A stretch of DNA of 64,000 nucleotides from Candidatus Poribacteria bacterium (GTDB taxonomy: Bacteria; Poribacteria; WGA-4E; WGA-3G). The notes under the pieces were generated by a model that made no database searches, had not been told where the DNA came from, and saw only the letters and a list, made by a program, of their open reading frames with translations. Below are positions 27,091 to 37,109 of this stretch, one piece after another. Made by a program: the position numbers and the translations under genes. Every line of letters begins with the position of its first letter. Position 1 is the first letter of the stretch. The stretch covers positions 22,563 through 86,562 of the forward strand of contig JAJEDB010000043.1 in the NCBI GenBank assembly GCA_022821725.1, written 5' to 3'.

Positions 27091-29358
27091 ATGGAACACC
27101 AACTTAACCTTCCCATCACTGGGATGCACTGCGAAAACTGTACAAGCACTATCACACGACATCTGAAAAAGATGGATGGTGTCCTTGCCGCAGAAGTTAG
27201 CCTCGCCACTGAATATGCGGCGGTTACCTTTGATGCGTCCGCGATCAGTGAAGAAACCATCGTCGATAAGATCCGAGATCTCGGTTTTGACGTTGTCGAT
27301 GAAGGTGAAGAAGACGTTGCACGCGCTGCGGAATTCCAACGGCAAAAGAGGCAATTCACTGTCGGGATCATCTTCACGCTCCCACTCTTTCTCCTCAGCA
27401 TGGGTAGAGATATGAATCTGTTAGGTGCGTGGGCATCAGCAGGCTGGGTTAACTGGTTCATGTTTGGCTTAGCATTACCGGTGCAGGGTTACGTCGCTTG
27501 GGACTATTACATTGGCGGTATTAAAGCCTTGCGCCACGGATCCGCCAATATGGATGTCCTCGTCGCTATGGGTTCATCCGTAGCGTTCCTCTATAGCCTC
27601 GTTGTAACGATTGCATTGGGGATGGATGCAGGGACGCGCTTTGGAACCCATGTCTATTTTGAGACAGCCGCGGTTATCATTACGTTGATTAAGTTAGGGA
27701 AACTGATCGAAGCCCGCGCCAAAGGTAAGATAAACGCAGCCCTTAAAAAACTCCCCCAGCTTTCCCCCCAAATCGCGTGTCGCTTAGAAAACGGAGAAGA
27801 ACAACACATCCCTATTGAACAGGTCGGCATAGGAGATGTCCTTCTCGTGCGTCCCGGCGAAAGTATTCCTGTTGATGGTGTGGTGCGCAGCGGCAAAAGT
27901 GCCATTGATGAAAGCGTCTTCACCGGAGAAAGTCTGCCCGTCGATAAGGGACCCGGCGACCCTGTGACCGCAGCGACAATGAATCAGAGCGGAATGCTCA
28001 CAATGGAAGCCACACATATCGGAGCAGAAACGGCACTTGCGCGTCTTGTCCAATTGGTCCAAACAACACAACAGAGCAAACCGCCCATCCAACGCGCCGC
28101 CGATGCGGTCACAAACGTGTTTGTGCCTATTGTCTCTGGGGTCGCCATTGTGACGTTTCTTGTGTGGTGGTTTCTTCTCGGAGAAGGTTTCACCCCGGCA
28201 ATGCTCCGTTTAGTTGCGATCCTTGTCACAGCCTGCCCGTGTGCGTTGGGACTCGCCACCCCAACCGCCGTTATGATGGGGACGGGTATCGGGGCACAGC
28301 GCGGCATCCTCTTCCGAAACGGCGAAGCACTCGAACGCGCTGGAGACTTAACCACAATTGTCCTCGACAAAACAGGCACCTTGACAGAGGGGAAACTCAC
28401 GCTTACCGATATTCTCACGGATACAGACGCATCGGAACTCCTACAACTCTGTGCCGCTGCGGAACGCGGCAGTGAACATCCCATCGGAAGGGCAGTCGTC
28501 CAAGCGGCTCAGGAACGTGGACTGGACCTCGCGACACCGAGCCAGTTTGAAGCCGTCACTGGGCACGGTATTACCGCACGGGTCGGTGAAAACAGCGTCA
28601 TTATCGGCAATTTATCCTTAATTCAACAGCACAACATTCCAACAAGGAGATTTGAAGAAGACGCAGCGCGTCTGCAGACCGAGGCGAAAACCGTCCTATG
28701 GGTCGCCATTGATGAACGGGTTGCGGGACTTCTGGCGGTGGCGGACACCTTGAAATCGGAAGCGCAGGCTGCAGTCTCAGAACTCTACGAACTTGGATGT
28801 ACTGTGGTAATGATGACTGGGGACAACCGCGTCACGGCTGATGTGATCGCCAAGGCTGCGCGGATTGGCGATGTCATGGCAGAACTCAAACCCGAAGGTA
28901 AAGCAGCCGCTGTTCAGAAGTTACAGGCGGAAAATGGCGGACTCGTCGCGATGGTAGGTGACGGCATCAACGATACCCCTGCATTGGCACAAGCCGATAT
29001 CGGAATCTCCCTCGGCACAGGCACCGATATTGCCCGAGAGACAGCACACGTAACGCTCATGCATAGCGATTTGCGTGGACTCCCCGATGCGATTCGGCTC
29101 AGCCGTTCGACGATGCGCACGATTAAACAGAACCTTTTCTGGGCGTTTTTCTACAATGTGCTTCTCATTCCTGTCGCAGCGGGTGCACTGTATCCGCTCT
29201 CTTTTATGCCGATGATGTTTCGGGAGTTACATCCGATGCTTGCAGCGTTCGCAATGGCGTTTAGCAGTATTTCTGTCGTGCTAAACAGCCTGCGGCTGCA
29301 GTGGAGAAAATGGCCCACTGGAACACAGAAAGCATCGTCTCTACCATCCAGGAACTAG
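27091..29358 (+). CDS. copA: Copper-translocating P1B-type ATPase
   Basis: GMHCENC heavy-metal-binding domain, TGES, CPC, DKTGT, SEHP, GDGIND, YN and MAFSS transmembrane motifs. Confidence 0.93.
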   Translation: MEHQLNLPITGMHCENCTSTITRHLKKMDGVLAAEVSLATEYAAVTFDASAISEETIVDKIRDLGFDVVDEGEEDVARAAEFQRQKRQFTVGIIFTLPLFLLSMGRDMNLLGAWASAGWVNWFMFGLALPVQGYVAWDYYIGGIKALRHGSANMDVLVAMGSSVAFLYSLVVTIALGMDAGTRFGTHVYFETAAVIITLIKLGKLIEARAKGKINAALKKLPQLSPQIACRLENGEEQHIPIEQVGIGDVLLVRPGESIPVDGVVRSGKSAIDESVFTGESLPVDKGPGDPVTAATMNQSGMLTMEATHIGAETALARLVQLVQTTQQSKPPIQRAADAVTNVFVPIVSGVAIVTFLVWWFLLGEGFTPAMLRLVAILVTACPCALGLATPTAVMMGTGIGAQRGILFRNGEALERAGDLTTIVLDKTGTLTEGKLTLTDILTDTDASELLQLCAAAERGSEHPIGRAVVQAAQERGLDLATPSQFEAVTGHGITARVGENSVIIGNLSLIQQHNIPTRRFEEDAARLQTEAKTVLWVAIDERVAGLLAVADTLKSEAQAAVSELYELGCTVVMMTGDNRVTADVIAKAARIGDVMAELKPEGKAAAVQKLQAENGGLVAMVGDGINDTPALAQADIGISLGTGTDIARETAHVTLMHSDLRGLPDAIRLSRSTMRTIKQNLFWAFFYNVLLIPVAAGALYPLSFMPMMFRELHPMLAAFAMAFSSISVVLNSLRLQWRKWPTGTQKASSLPSRN

Positions 29359-29363
29359 CGAAT

Positions 29364-29834
29364 ATGGACGAAAAACAGGAATTGTTAGAAATCTACAAAC
29401 TACACGCAGAACTCGCCGATAGCGTCAGCAGGCAACGGGGAACCGCAAACCGTTTTTATATGCTGGTTTTATCAGGGTTAGCAGTGCTTTTTTCTGCCTT
29501 CCTACAACGCAAAAACGGAGTACCCCTCGAATGGCTTATGGTAGGTTTCGGACTGTTCGGTATGCTTTTAGCCTCAGCGTGGTATATTGTCATCCGTTCT
29601 TACCGTCAACTGAATTCTGGCAAATTTAACGCATTGCATGAATTAGAGGAAAAACTTGCGTACCCATTTTTTAGACGCGAATGGGAATCGCTAGGCGAGG
29701 GCAAAGAGCGAAAAACCTATTGGAAACTATCTGTCGTTGAAACTTTTGTACCGGCTATCTTTTTTCTTTCTTTTGCCGTGTTATTGGGAAGTGGAATTTA
29801 CTTGTTGGTCACTGGCAATGGTGGAACGCAATGA
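29364..29834 (+). CDS. Small 3-TM membrane protein (RipA/SLATT-like; possible defence effector)
   Basis: YKL..E.AD.VS.QR..ANRFY, W...I.SYRQLNSGKF..L.ELE, YWKLS..E..VP..F. Confidence 0.6.
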   Translation: MDEKQELLEIYKLHAELADSVSRQRGTANRFYMLVLSGLAVLFSAFLQRKNGVPLEWLMVGFGLFGMLLASAWYIVIRSYRQLNSGKFNALHELEEKLAYPFFRREWESLGEGKERKTYWKLSVVETFVPAIFFLSFAVLLGSGIYLLVTGNGGTQ

Positions 29835-29904
29835 CAATTTGTGTATAGAAAATTAATCGCATATTCACTTGATAAACCCATTTTTGATAAAGGAGATGCA
29901 AACA

Positions 29905-30132
29905 ATGGCGCAGGCAATAGAGTATATCCCCTTCCAACGCGTGAAGGACTGGAAAGTTGGCGATAGGATCATCGTAGACGGGATCCCTGGGCAAATCCGC
30001 GATATTGCTGAATTTGAGAATCCTTCAGGGGTCGGAGAAACGATTGCATCCATTGGTGTAGTGTACGACAATGAACCTGGTGTGATTAGACTTGTTGAAT
30101 ATGATCGACACCAACTCAAACTTGAACGTTAA
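29905..30132 (+). CDS. Small hypothetical protein
   Basis: AAGGAG RBS; 75 aa; pattern resembling an SH3/KOW fold (WKVGDRIIVDG). Confidence 0.55.
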   Translation: MAQAIEYIPFQRVKDWKVGDRIIVDGIPGQIRDIAEFENPSGVGETIASIGVVYDNEPGVIRLVEYDRHQLKLER

Positions 30133-30349
30133 CAGCTATCTCTCTATCTGTTGGTAGAGTCCAGAGATGCCCTCCTCGGCGGTTATCATTTCCACTGTAC
30201 AGGCACAATTGTTGTGATACTGAAGAAGGTTATTCACCCAGTGTTTAGAGACTAATTCGCTCGCGAACTTCAAAGTAATTTTCACAGAAATCTGGAAAAA
30301 TCATTCGCCATGGTAGGTTAGACAACCTTTTCTCGATACTGGATAAGGA

Positions 30350-31237
30350 ATGAAGATGGAACAACAAAACCAAGCGATATTGACGAGAGAGTTGTCCCAG
30401 CCAATTGCAGCTTGTGTTTTTTCTAAGGATGATTTGAAAAATCTTTGTGAAATACTGCAAGAGTGGTGCTCTAAAGCATCAGATGAAGAGATAAAACATT
30501 ACAGGCCGCTCAATCGAACGCCAGAACAATTTGGTGCAGATATTACAGCACTGAAGTCTGGTTTTGAATTGAAGGTGACTGTACAAGGCGTGGATGATGA
30601 ACGGATTTATGGAACGATTCCAGATGTGTTTAACTCTCCTCGTTTTCCGAATCAGGTTAAAACACTTTATATCAACAGTGAATCGGATCTAAGAAATTTA
30701 TACAATTGGTATCCGAGGAATCGCTTTGCATTATTCTTAGATTTTACCAAGCCGGAGCTTTTCAATTTATCATTATTATCCTCCATATCTACGCCAAACG
30801 CGAGCAATATCCATGTTTCCGGATTAGATTCTACCTGGGTGAGTGGTGTCTATAGCGAGGTTACGAATTTTATCAAGGAAAAAAGAACGCGTCGCGGATT
30901 TTTCCATAGACATAGCGTTTATAATTTGCTGATGCTTTTTCTAGGCATCCCACTCACATTTTGGATAGCATACAAGTCATCAGGATTAATAAACCGAATA
31001 TTTGGCGAATTTTCCGTATTCGTTCAAAATGGGGTCTATGTTTGTCTGTGCTTCTTGATGCTAAACTTATTCAAAATACTATTTGACTATGCCAGATGGG
31101 TCTTTCCGCTTGTTGAATACAAAAGCACAATGGGTACTGCGCGCAAACATAGATTGATCTTAGGCAGTCTAATAATAGCGATTTTCGGGAATTTCCTTTA
31201 CGATCTGCTTAAACTTGCCACTACTCTCATATCCTAA
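30350..31237 (+). CDS. Hypothetical protein: soluble N-domain plus three C-terminal transmembrane helices
   Basis: 295 aa, AT-rich, hydrophobic C-terminal third. Confidence 0.7.
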   Translation: MKMEQQNQAILTRELSQPIAACVFSKDDLKNLCEILQEWCSKASDEEIKHYRPLNRTPEQFGADITALKSGFELKVTVQGVDDERIYGTIPDVFNSPRFPNQVKTLYINSESDLRNLYNWYPRNRFALFLDFTKPELFNLSLLSSISTPNASNIHVSGLDSTWVSGVYSEVTNFIKEKRTRRGFFHRHSVYNLLMLFLGIPLTFWIAYKSSGLINRIFGEFSVFVQNGVYVCLCFLMLNLFKILFDYARWVFPLVEYKSTMGTARKHRLILGSLIIAIFGNFLYDLLKLATTLIS

Positions 31238-31244
31238 ACCTGAC

Positions 31245-31334
31245 AGGACTTACGCAGCTCCCTTGCTGGCGAGGTTTCCGAACCTCGCCAATAGCGCAAT
31301 CTGTAGCGTTTTATGGGAAAACTGCGTCAGTCCT
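31245..31334. mobile_element. MITE-like element (AGGACTTACGCAG ... CTGCGTCAGTCCT) with a nested hairpin
   Basis: 13-bp near-perfect terminal inverted repeats; internal TGGCGAGGTT-TCCG-AACCTCGCCA. Confidence 0.65.
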
Positions 31335-31341
31335 ATGGGAT

Positions 31342-32334
31342 TTATCTATTGCTAATCGGTGGTGGAGCGTAATAACTCTCCATCGCTTCCAATACCTGTT
31401 CCACCGTAATCCTCGCAATCACTTCGCAACTACCAGCGCCGCATCCTCCCGGACGCCGCCCCGGATGACAAGGATTACACCCCAGATTTATCCCACTCTG
31501 CAAAACTGTATGTGAATCCCCGTAGGGACCGCTCCGAATGTGGTTCGTTGAACCGAAAAGCGCGACGACAGGTGTTCCCACAGCAGCTGCGATATGCATC
31601 GGTCCCGTGTCATTTCCAATATACACATCACACATGGAGATTAATGCCGCGAGGTGTCGAAGACCGTCTGTTTTGACGAGAATGGGTGGGACATCCATCA
31701 TTTCGGTGACCTGTGCTTGGAGTGCGCGCTCATTCGGACCCGCAAAGAGTAAAATCGTTGCGTCTAACTTCTCTGCTAAAATACTTGCGACATCCGCATA
31801 GTTCTTTCCGTCCCACAACTTATATTCCCAGTTCCCACCGGGATGGATCCCGATTCGCAATCGTTCTGACTTAAGACCCACCTCGACAAGAAAATTATGT
31901 GCAGCAGTCCGTTCCGCTTCCGTCAATGCTACGAGTGGATGTGCATTGGTTGTGTCAACGCCTTGTCTCTGAAGCACTTCCAAATATCGAGTGACAGCAT
32001 GGCGATTTCCCTCACCGCGTGCTATCCCCCAATGTTCTGCCTCGATACATCGCGCCATGAGGCTGTCCCGTAGGTTGACAACGAGGTCGAATTTCTCAAG
32101 CCGTAAGGTTCTGATGAGACGCAGTCTCCCTTTCCAACCGGCGTGTTCGCCTCGATTGTCATAAACAAGCGTGGCATCGATGTTGGGATCCGTCGCAAGG
32201 AGGTCAAACGCTCGCGGTCCGACGAGGAAGGTAATATGGGCATCTCGGAAGTGTCTTCGCAAGGGTTGGATAACAGAAGTAGACAGGACCGCATCACCGA
32301 TAAAAGAGAAACTAAAGACGAGAATTTTCTTCAT
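31342..32334 (-). CDS. Glycosyltransferase family 9 (LPS heptosyltransferase-like)
   Basis: IGDAVL, HPGG...K.W, GNDTGPMHIAAAVGTPVVALFG, C.PC. Confidence 0.9.
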   Translation of the reverse strand: MKKILVFSFSFIGDAVLSTSVIQPLRRHFRDAHITFLVGPRAFDLLATDPNIDATLVYDNRGEHAGWKGRLRLIRTLRLEKFDLVVNLRDSLMARCIEAEHWGIARGEGNRHAVTRYLEVLQRQGVDTTNAHPLVALTEAERTAAHNFLVEVGLKSERLRIGIHPGGNWEYKLWDGKNYADVASILAEKLDATILLFAGPNERALQAQVTEMMDVPPILVKTDGLRHLAALISMCDVYIGNDTGPMHIAAAVGTPVVALFGSTNHIRSGPYGDSHTVLQSGINLGCNPCHPGRRPGGCGAGSCEVIARITVEQVLEAMESYYAPPPISNR

Positions 32335-33562
32335 AAGATTCAATGAGATCAACGGCTGTCGTCAAGCCCTCTTCTGATTCTATCCGTTCTCCCAACACCT
32401 GAGCACGCGCAGTCACCGCAGGCGTTTCCAAGACCTGCTGAATCCGTTTTGCCAAACGTTTGGCAGTCAGGTTTCGACGGTGTAGATGTTTGGGGGCAAC
32501 TCCTAAATCCGACAGGCGTTTTCCCCAATAGGGTTGGTCGGCGTGGTGTGCTACAACAACAGAAGGGACTTTAGCACGACACACAGATGCCGTTGTTCCG
32601 GCTCCCCCGTGGTGCACAACGCAACACCCCTTCGGAAACAGCCATTGGTGGGGGACATATTCCGTGCAGAAGATATCAGGGAGGGGATCCTCTGTGCCGA
32701 GTTGTCCCCATCCGGCTTGGATGATCGCACGTTGTTTTATTTTTTTCACAGCATCGACCAAGATTTCTGTTGTCTCACGTCCGTTGGAACCCCCCATGGA
32801 GCCGAACGAAATAATAACGGGTGGTGGACCCTCCGCTAAAAAATTGACGAGTTCAGAGGGTGGGGTATACGCAGGCGACGCAAGATGCCATACACCCGTG
32901 AACTTGTGATTCGATGGAAACTCACTTGGTGGACAAAGCGTCGGAGACGCGGCGATGAGGTTCAGATATGGTGAATACATCTCTTCTAACGCCACTGACC
33001 CTCGTGGCTCTCCACCGACAGAGGCGATAAATTGATTGAAAAGCACGTCCACACTTGAAGCAAGCCGAACCTGCGCCAATTTCCACACAATCGCGTTGAA
33101 TATGCGTCCCCAACTTGGAAATGGATACGGGGCGAAGTCAGGGGACTTTATGAAACCCGGACAATACGTTACAGTCAACCACGGGACCCCCGTGCGAATC
33201 GCTGCCTCTTGGGCGGGGATGTCCACTGAATGGCAGATGACTATATCACACCCTTGCATTGCGGTCAAACAATCCTGATACCACTGTCCGCCACGGCGCA
33301 CAATTCCTTCTTCTACGATGAGCCGTAGCATCGCAGTCGGATCGCGCTTCGGAATAATCGCATCCATCGCCGTGTGAAATTCTGACAGATCGAAAAGGAC
33401 CCCTATCTCATAAAACTCCGCGCCGATCTCAAGGACCTTATCCCTATAGAATCCTGGCACACAGACCCGAACCTGATGCCCTCTTTCGAGCAAACGTTCC
33501 GACAGTGCCAAAACGGGGTAGACATCTCCCGTTGAGCCCCACCCAACCACAACAATCTTCAT
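32312..33562 (-). CDS. Glycosyltransferase family 1/28 (sterol glucosyltransferase-like)
   Basis: GSTGDVYP, FGSM, VPHQWLF, VHHGGAGTT, DQPYWG. Confidence 0.88.
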   Translation of the reverse strand: MKIVVVGWGSTGDVYPVLALSERLLERGHQVRVCVPGFYRDKVLEIGAEFYEIGVLFDLSEFHTAMDAIIPKRDPTAMLRLIVEEGIVRRGGQWYQDCLTAMQGCDIVICHSVDIPAQEAAIRTGVPWLTVTYCPGFIKSPDFAPYPFPSWGRIFNAIVWKLAQVRLASSVDVLFNQFIASVGGEPRGSVALEEMYSPYLNLIAASPTLCPPSEFPSNHKFTGVWHLASPAYTPPSELVNFLAEGPPPVIISFGSMGGSNGRETTEILVDAVKKIKQRAIIQAGWGQLGTEDPLPDIFCTEYVPHQWLFPKGCCVVHHGGAGTTASVCRAKVPSVVVAHHADQPYWGKRLSDLGVAPKHLHRRNLTAKRLAKRIQQVLETPAVTARAQVLGERIESEEGLTTAVDLIESYEENSRL

Positions 33563-34623
33563 TTGCGTTTTGCCTCTACGGTTGCTATCGCCGCATTCCA
33601 AACCGGTTCAATCGGAAGTTTTTTCGTGCACTCCCATCCGATTTTACACTTATGTGCGCTACAGGGCCAGCACGGCATATCCCGCCGCACGATAGCGGCG
33701 TTTTCACTCAATGGATGCCACGCCACATGATCCGTCGGACCGAAGATTGCTACCGTTGGTACATCCAATGCGGCGGCGAGGTGCATCGGACCAGAATCGT
33801 TGCAGACGACCAAATCGCAACACGATAGCAGTGCCCCCAACCTGCGAATAGTTTCTGGGGCATGTGTAATAGCAGGGAACTTCATCGCTTTCTGAACATT
33901 GCGCGTCAATGCCTCCTCTCCGGGACCGTGTAAAAGGAGTATCGTAGCATTGTAGTGGTGTGCCAGTCTGTCTGCGAGTTCGGCATACTGCTTTTCGGGC
34001 CATCGTTTATCTAAGGAACTCCCACCAGGATGGATACCGATGAGAAATGCATCGTCTCCGATATCCCACGCGGCAATCCGTTTTTTGGCGATGCCAATCT
34101 CATTAGGCAACAAACGGAATGTGAGTTTCCGTTCGCCTTCTCCGTTACAGATTAATCGGACGAGTTGTAGATTTCTGTCAACTTCGTGGGTTTCGCCTTT
34201 TGGATATTTACCGCGCCACGCGTGTGTGAGGGTGGATCTGAAGCGTTTCTGATAACGTCCTAAACGGTAGGGCGCCCCCGACAGAAAAGCAACCAGATGG
34301 GACCACATTGCTGTCTGCATGGCAACAACGAGTTGATATTTCTCACGGCGTAACTCTCGGTAGAATTGGAACTTTGCAAATAGCCCTTGATCTTTTCCGT
34401 CTGGATCAAAGAGGAGAATTCTGTCCACATCGAGGTTGCCGATGAGCACAGGGGCATTAAAGGGTCGTGCTAATACTGTGATCTCCGCTGACGGATAGTT
34501 TTCTCGCAACAACGAGATCGCCGGGGTCGAGTTCAACAAATCTCCGATCCCGTCAACGCGGATGACGAGTATCTTATCGATGTTAGGAAGTGGCGCATTA
34601 GTGTCCAAACCGCGGGGTAGCAT
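33559..34623 (-). CDS. Glycosyltransferase family 9 (LPS heptosyltransferase-like)
   Basis: DGIGDLL, HPGGS..KRWP, NDSGPMHLAAAL..PTVAIFGPT. Confidence 0.9.
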   Translation of the reverse strand: MLPRGLDTNAPLPNIDKILVIRVDGIGDLLNSTPAISLLRENYPSAEITVLARPFNAPVLIGNLDVDRILLFDPDGKDQGLFAKFQFYRELRREKYQLVVAMQTAMWSHLVAFLSGAPYRLGRYQKRFRSTLTHAWRGKYPKGETHEVDRNLQLVRLICNGEGERKLTFRLLPNEIGIAKKRIAAWDIGDDAFLIGIHPGGSSLDKRWPEKQYAELADRLAHHYNATILLLHGPGEEALTRNVQKAMKFPAITHAPETIRRLGALLSCCDLVVCNDSGPMHLAAALDVPTVAIFGPTDHVAWHPLSENAAIVRRDMPCWPCSAHKCKIGWECTKKLPIEPVWNAAIATVEAKRK

Positions 34624-34758
34624 AACTTTTCCCTGTGTGTGAAGTTAAAGTGTTCTTTATTATAACACGAAGCAAGGGAAATGGCAAATCCCAGCATACG
34701 GCGTTTAACAGGGACGTATCATCTGTATTGACATCAGAAAGTATGATATACTATGACT

Positions 34759-36651
34759 ATGCGGCACAGAGTACCCCCTACAACTGAGATCAATCAGAAA
34801 CCGTCAGCACTCCGTTTTCTTTTCGGGACGCTCGTCTTCGGTTCAATCCTTATCGTCCTCACCTGTTATTGGATCATCTCCGCAGAAAACCGGGTGGTGT
34901 GGGAACTGACCGATTTTTCTATCTTTCCGACGGTGCTTTTCACCTTTTTTCTTCTCGCCCTCATCACCCCGCTCCTTAAAAAGGTTTTCAGAGGGTTCAC
35001 ACCTACAGCCCGTGAACTGGCATTGACGTATACGATGGTATCCGTGGCAACTGCGCTCGCGGGACACGACATCGTTCGGCAGTTAGTGCCGATGATTGCC
35101 AATGCAGGCTGGTTCGCAACCCCAGAAAATGAATGGTCAGATCTTTTCTTCCGATTCATGCCCACGTGGCTAACGATTACGGATCGCGGGATTCTACAGG
35201 GCTACTTTGAGGGGGATGATACGTTTTGGCAGGAACACTATCTAAATGCGTGGATGTGGCCGATTGTGGCGTGGAGCGGGTTAGTGATTGTCATCCTGTT
35301 TATGATGCTGTGTGTCAACATTATCATCAGGAGACAGTGGATCGACCACGAGAAGTTGAGTTATCCTTTGACGACGCTACCTGTCGAATTACTCGGTAAT
35401 ACGTCTACGCTTTTTCGCAATCAGTTGTTTTGGCTCGGTTTCGGCATCGCATTTGGTCTGGAGATTCTGGCAGGCTTGAACTACCTTTTTCCTGTGATAC
35501 CCTCCCTCAAAATCAAGTATCAACTCTACTTTTCTGAACGTCCGTGGAACGCAGTAGGACGTTTGCCGGTCTATGTCTATCCATTTGCGATCGGGTTTGG
35601 GTATCTCATGCCGTTGGAATTGTCGTTGTCGTTTTGGTTTTTCTACCTATTTTGGGGTGCGCAGCGCGTCTTTTTCAGCGCAACGGGATGGACGACCGCC
35701 ATCGGTTTACAAACAGAGCAACGCGCCGGGGCATGGCTTGGCATTGGGACACTCGCACTCATTACAAGTCGCCGACAGATTCTGGGAGTCCTCAGCGGCG
35801 TGTTTTCCTTTAGATCCAAAGACGGTTTATACCGTCTTGCTGTTTTTGGATTGATATTCGGTATGGCGTTTGTGTTGGGGTTCTGGTATTTCGCCGGATT
35901 GTCACCGTGGGTTGTGCTCGGCTATTTCAGTATCTATCTGGTGTTATGCCTTGGGATGACACGCATGCGTGCCGAACTCGGACCCCCGACCCATGAACTG
36001 CACAATGTGCATCCCGACAGGATTATGTTGCTGTTTGCTGGGAGTCGACCCTTGGGCGCGCAAAACCTAACCAACACGACCCTCCTCTCATGGCTTGCGT
36101 ATGGTTACCGATGCCATCCGATGCCGCATCAGTTAGAGGCGTTCAAAATCGGTAGGCACTTCCGTTTGAGTGAGAATCGGTTGGTTATTGCGCTGATTGT
36201 GGCATCAATTGTGGGGACAATCATTTCGATTGTTGGACATGTAGCACTCTATTACGAATACCGATTTGCACAGTGGGGTGTTGGTGAGTTTAACCGCTTG
36301 CAAAGTTGGATTATCGCGCCACGGTCCCCGAATCTACCGGCTATCCAGCATATCGTGTCCGGCTTCCTATTCACGGGTGCGCTCACGTTTCTGAAACGTC
36401 AATTTTTATGGTGGCCCCTGTATCCCGTAGGTTATGCAGTCGGTAACGGTTGGGCGATCGGTTGGATGTGGTTCTCAATATTTCTGGGGTGGCTCTTCAA
36501 GCAGTTACTTTTCACAGGGGGTGGGGTCCGAGCCTATCGCAGGGCATTGCCGCTATTTTTGGGTTTCGTCTTCGGTCAGTTTCTCGCGGGGAGCCTTTGG
36601 AGTTTGATAGGTGTCGTGTTAAATATGAACATGTACACACTTTTCCCATGA
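34759..36651 (+). CDS. Uncharacterised polytopic membrane protein (DUF6785/DUF6784-like), paralogue 1
   Basis: About 16 hydrophobic segments; ATPENEW, W..HEKLSYP, RMRAELGPP, HPMPHQLEAFK and WWPLYPVGY shared with 51045 and 61960. Confidence 0.75.
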   Translation: MRHRVPPTTEINQKPSALRFLFGTLVFGSILIVLTCYWIISAENRVVWELTDFSIFPTVLFTFFLLALITPLLKKVFRGFTPTARELALTYTMVSVATALAGHDIVRQLVPMIANAGWFATPENEWSDLFFRFMPTWLTITDRGILQGYFEGDDTFWQEHYLNAWMWPIVAWSGLVIVILFMMLCVNIIIRRQWIDHEKLSYPLTTLPVELLGNTSTLFRNQLFWLGFGIAFGLEILAGLNYLFPVIPSLKIKYQLYFSERPWNAVGRLPVYVYPFAIGFGYLMPLELSLSFWFFYLFWGAQRVFFSATGWTTAIGLQTEQRAGAWLGIGTLALITSRRQILGVLSGVFSFRSKDGLYRLAVFGLIFGMAFVLGFWYFAGLSPWVVLGYFSIYLVLCLGMTRMRAELGPPTHELHNVHPDRIMLLFAGSRPLGAQNLTNTTLLSWLAYGYRCHPMPHQLEAFKIGRHFRLSENRLVIALIVASIVGTIISIVGHVALYYEYRFAQWGVGEFNRLQSWIIAPRSPNLPAIQHIVSGFLFTGALTFLKRQFLWWPLYPVGYAVGNGWAIGWMWFSIFLGWLFKQLLFTGGGVRAYRRALPLFLGFVFGQFLAGSLWSLIGVVLNMNMYTLFP

Positions 36652-36701
36652 AGGGATAATTTGTGTGCTGCATCCACTGTTCTCAAACGACGCACAACGT
36701 A

Positions 36702-37067
36702 TCAGAAATCCTCTAATGCGTCTGCTTCGGATTCAAAGACCCCTATACTCTGTGTCAGTCCAATAGTATTGAAGATATTCCGGACCTGTGTAGACGGATG
36801 CGCGACGCGTAGCATTTGTCCTTTCTCTCGCATTTTCCAAAGCAGTCTGATGATCTCACCGAAGCCACTACTTGTGATGAAACTCCGGCGTTCAAAATTG
36901 AGCAAAACCTTTTCAGCGCCCTGAACTTCAGTGTTGGCGTAAGCCTCACTCAACATAGCTTCCGAAGCATCGGTGAGATAGCCGGTAATGTCAAATATTG
37001 CAATCTTTCCTTCGTGTCGAATAGAGATTTGAGAATTTGCCCTCACAATTTCCTCCTGTAAGATCAA
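36702..37067 (-). CDS. STAS-domain anti-sigma factor antagonist
   Basis: FITSSG phosphorylation motif, V.NIF..IGL, ESEADAL. Confidence 0.85.
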   Translation of the reverse strand: MILQEEIVRANSQISIRHEGKIAIFDITGYLTDASEAMLSEAYANTEVQGAEKVLLNFERRSFITSSGFGEIIRLLWKMREKGQMLRVAHPSTQVRNIFNTIGLTQSIGVFESEADALEDF

Positions 37068-37109
37068 TCCTGAATTCGTTAACCCGATTATTAGTTGCAG
37101 TGCGGTCCG

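Noticed and set aside
26033-29167. copA repeat pair as a DGR template/variable repeat
   Set aside because: Mismatches are not adenine-specific, there is an indel, and no reverse transcriptase is in the window
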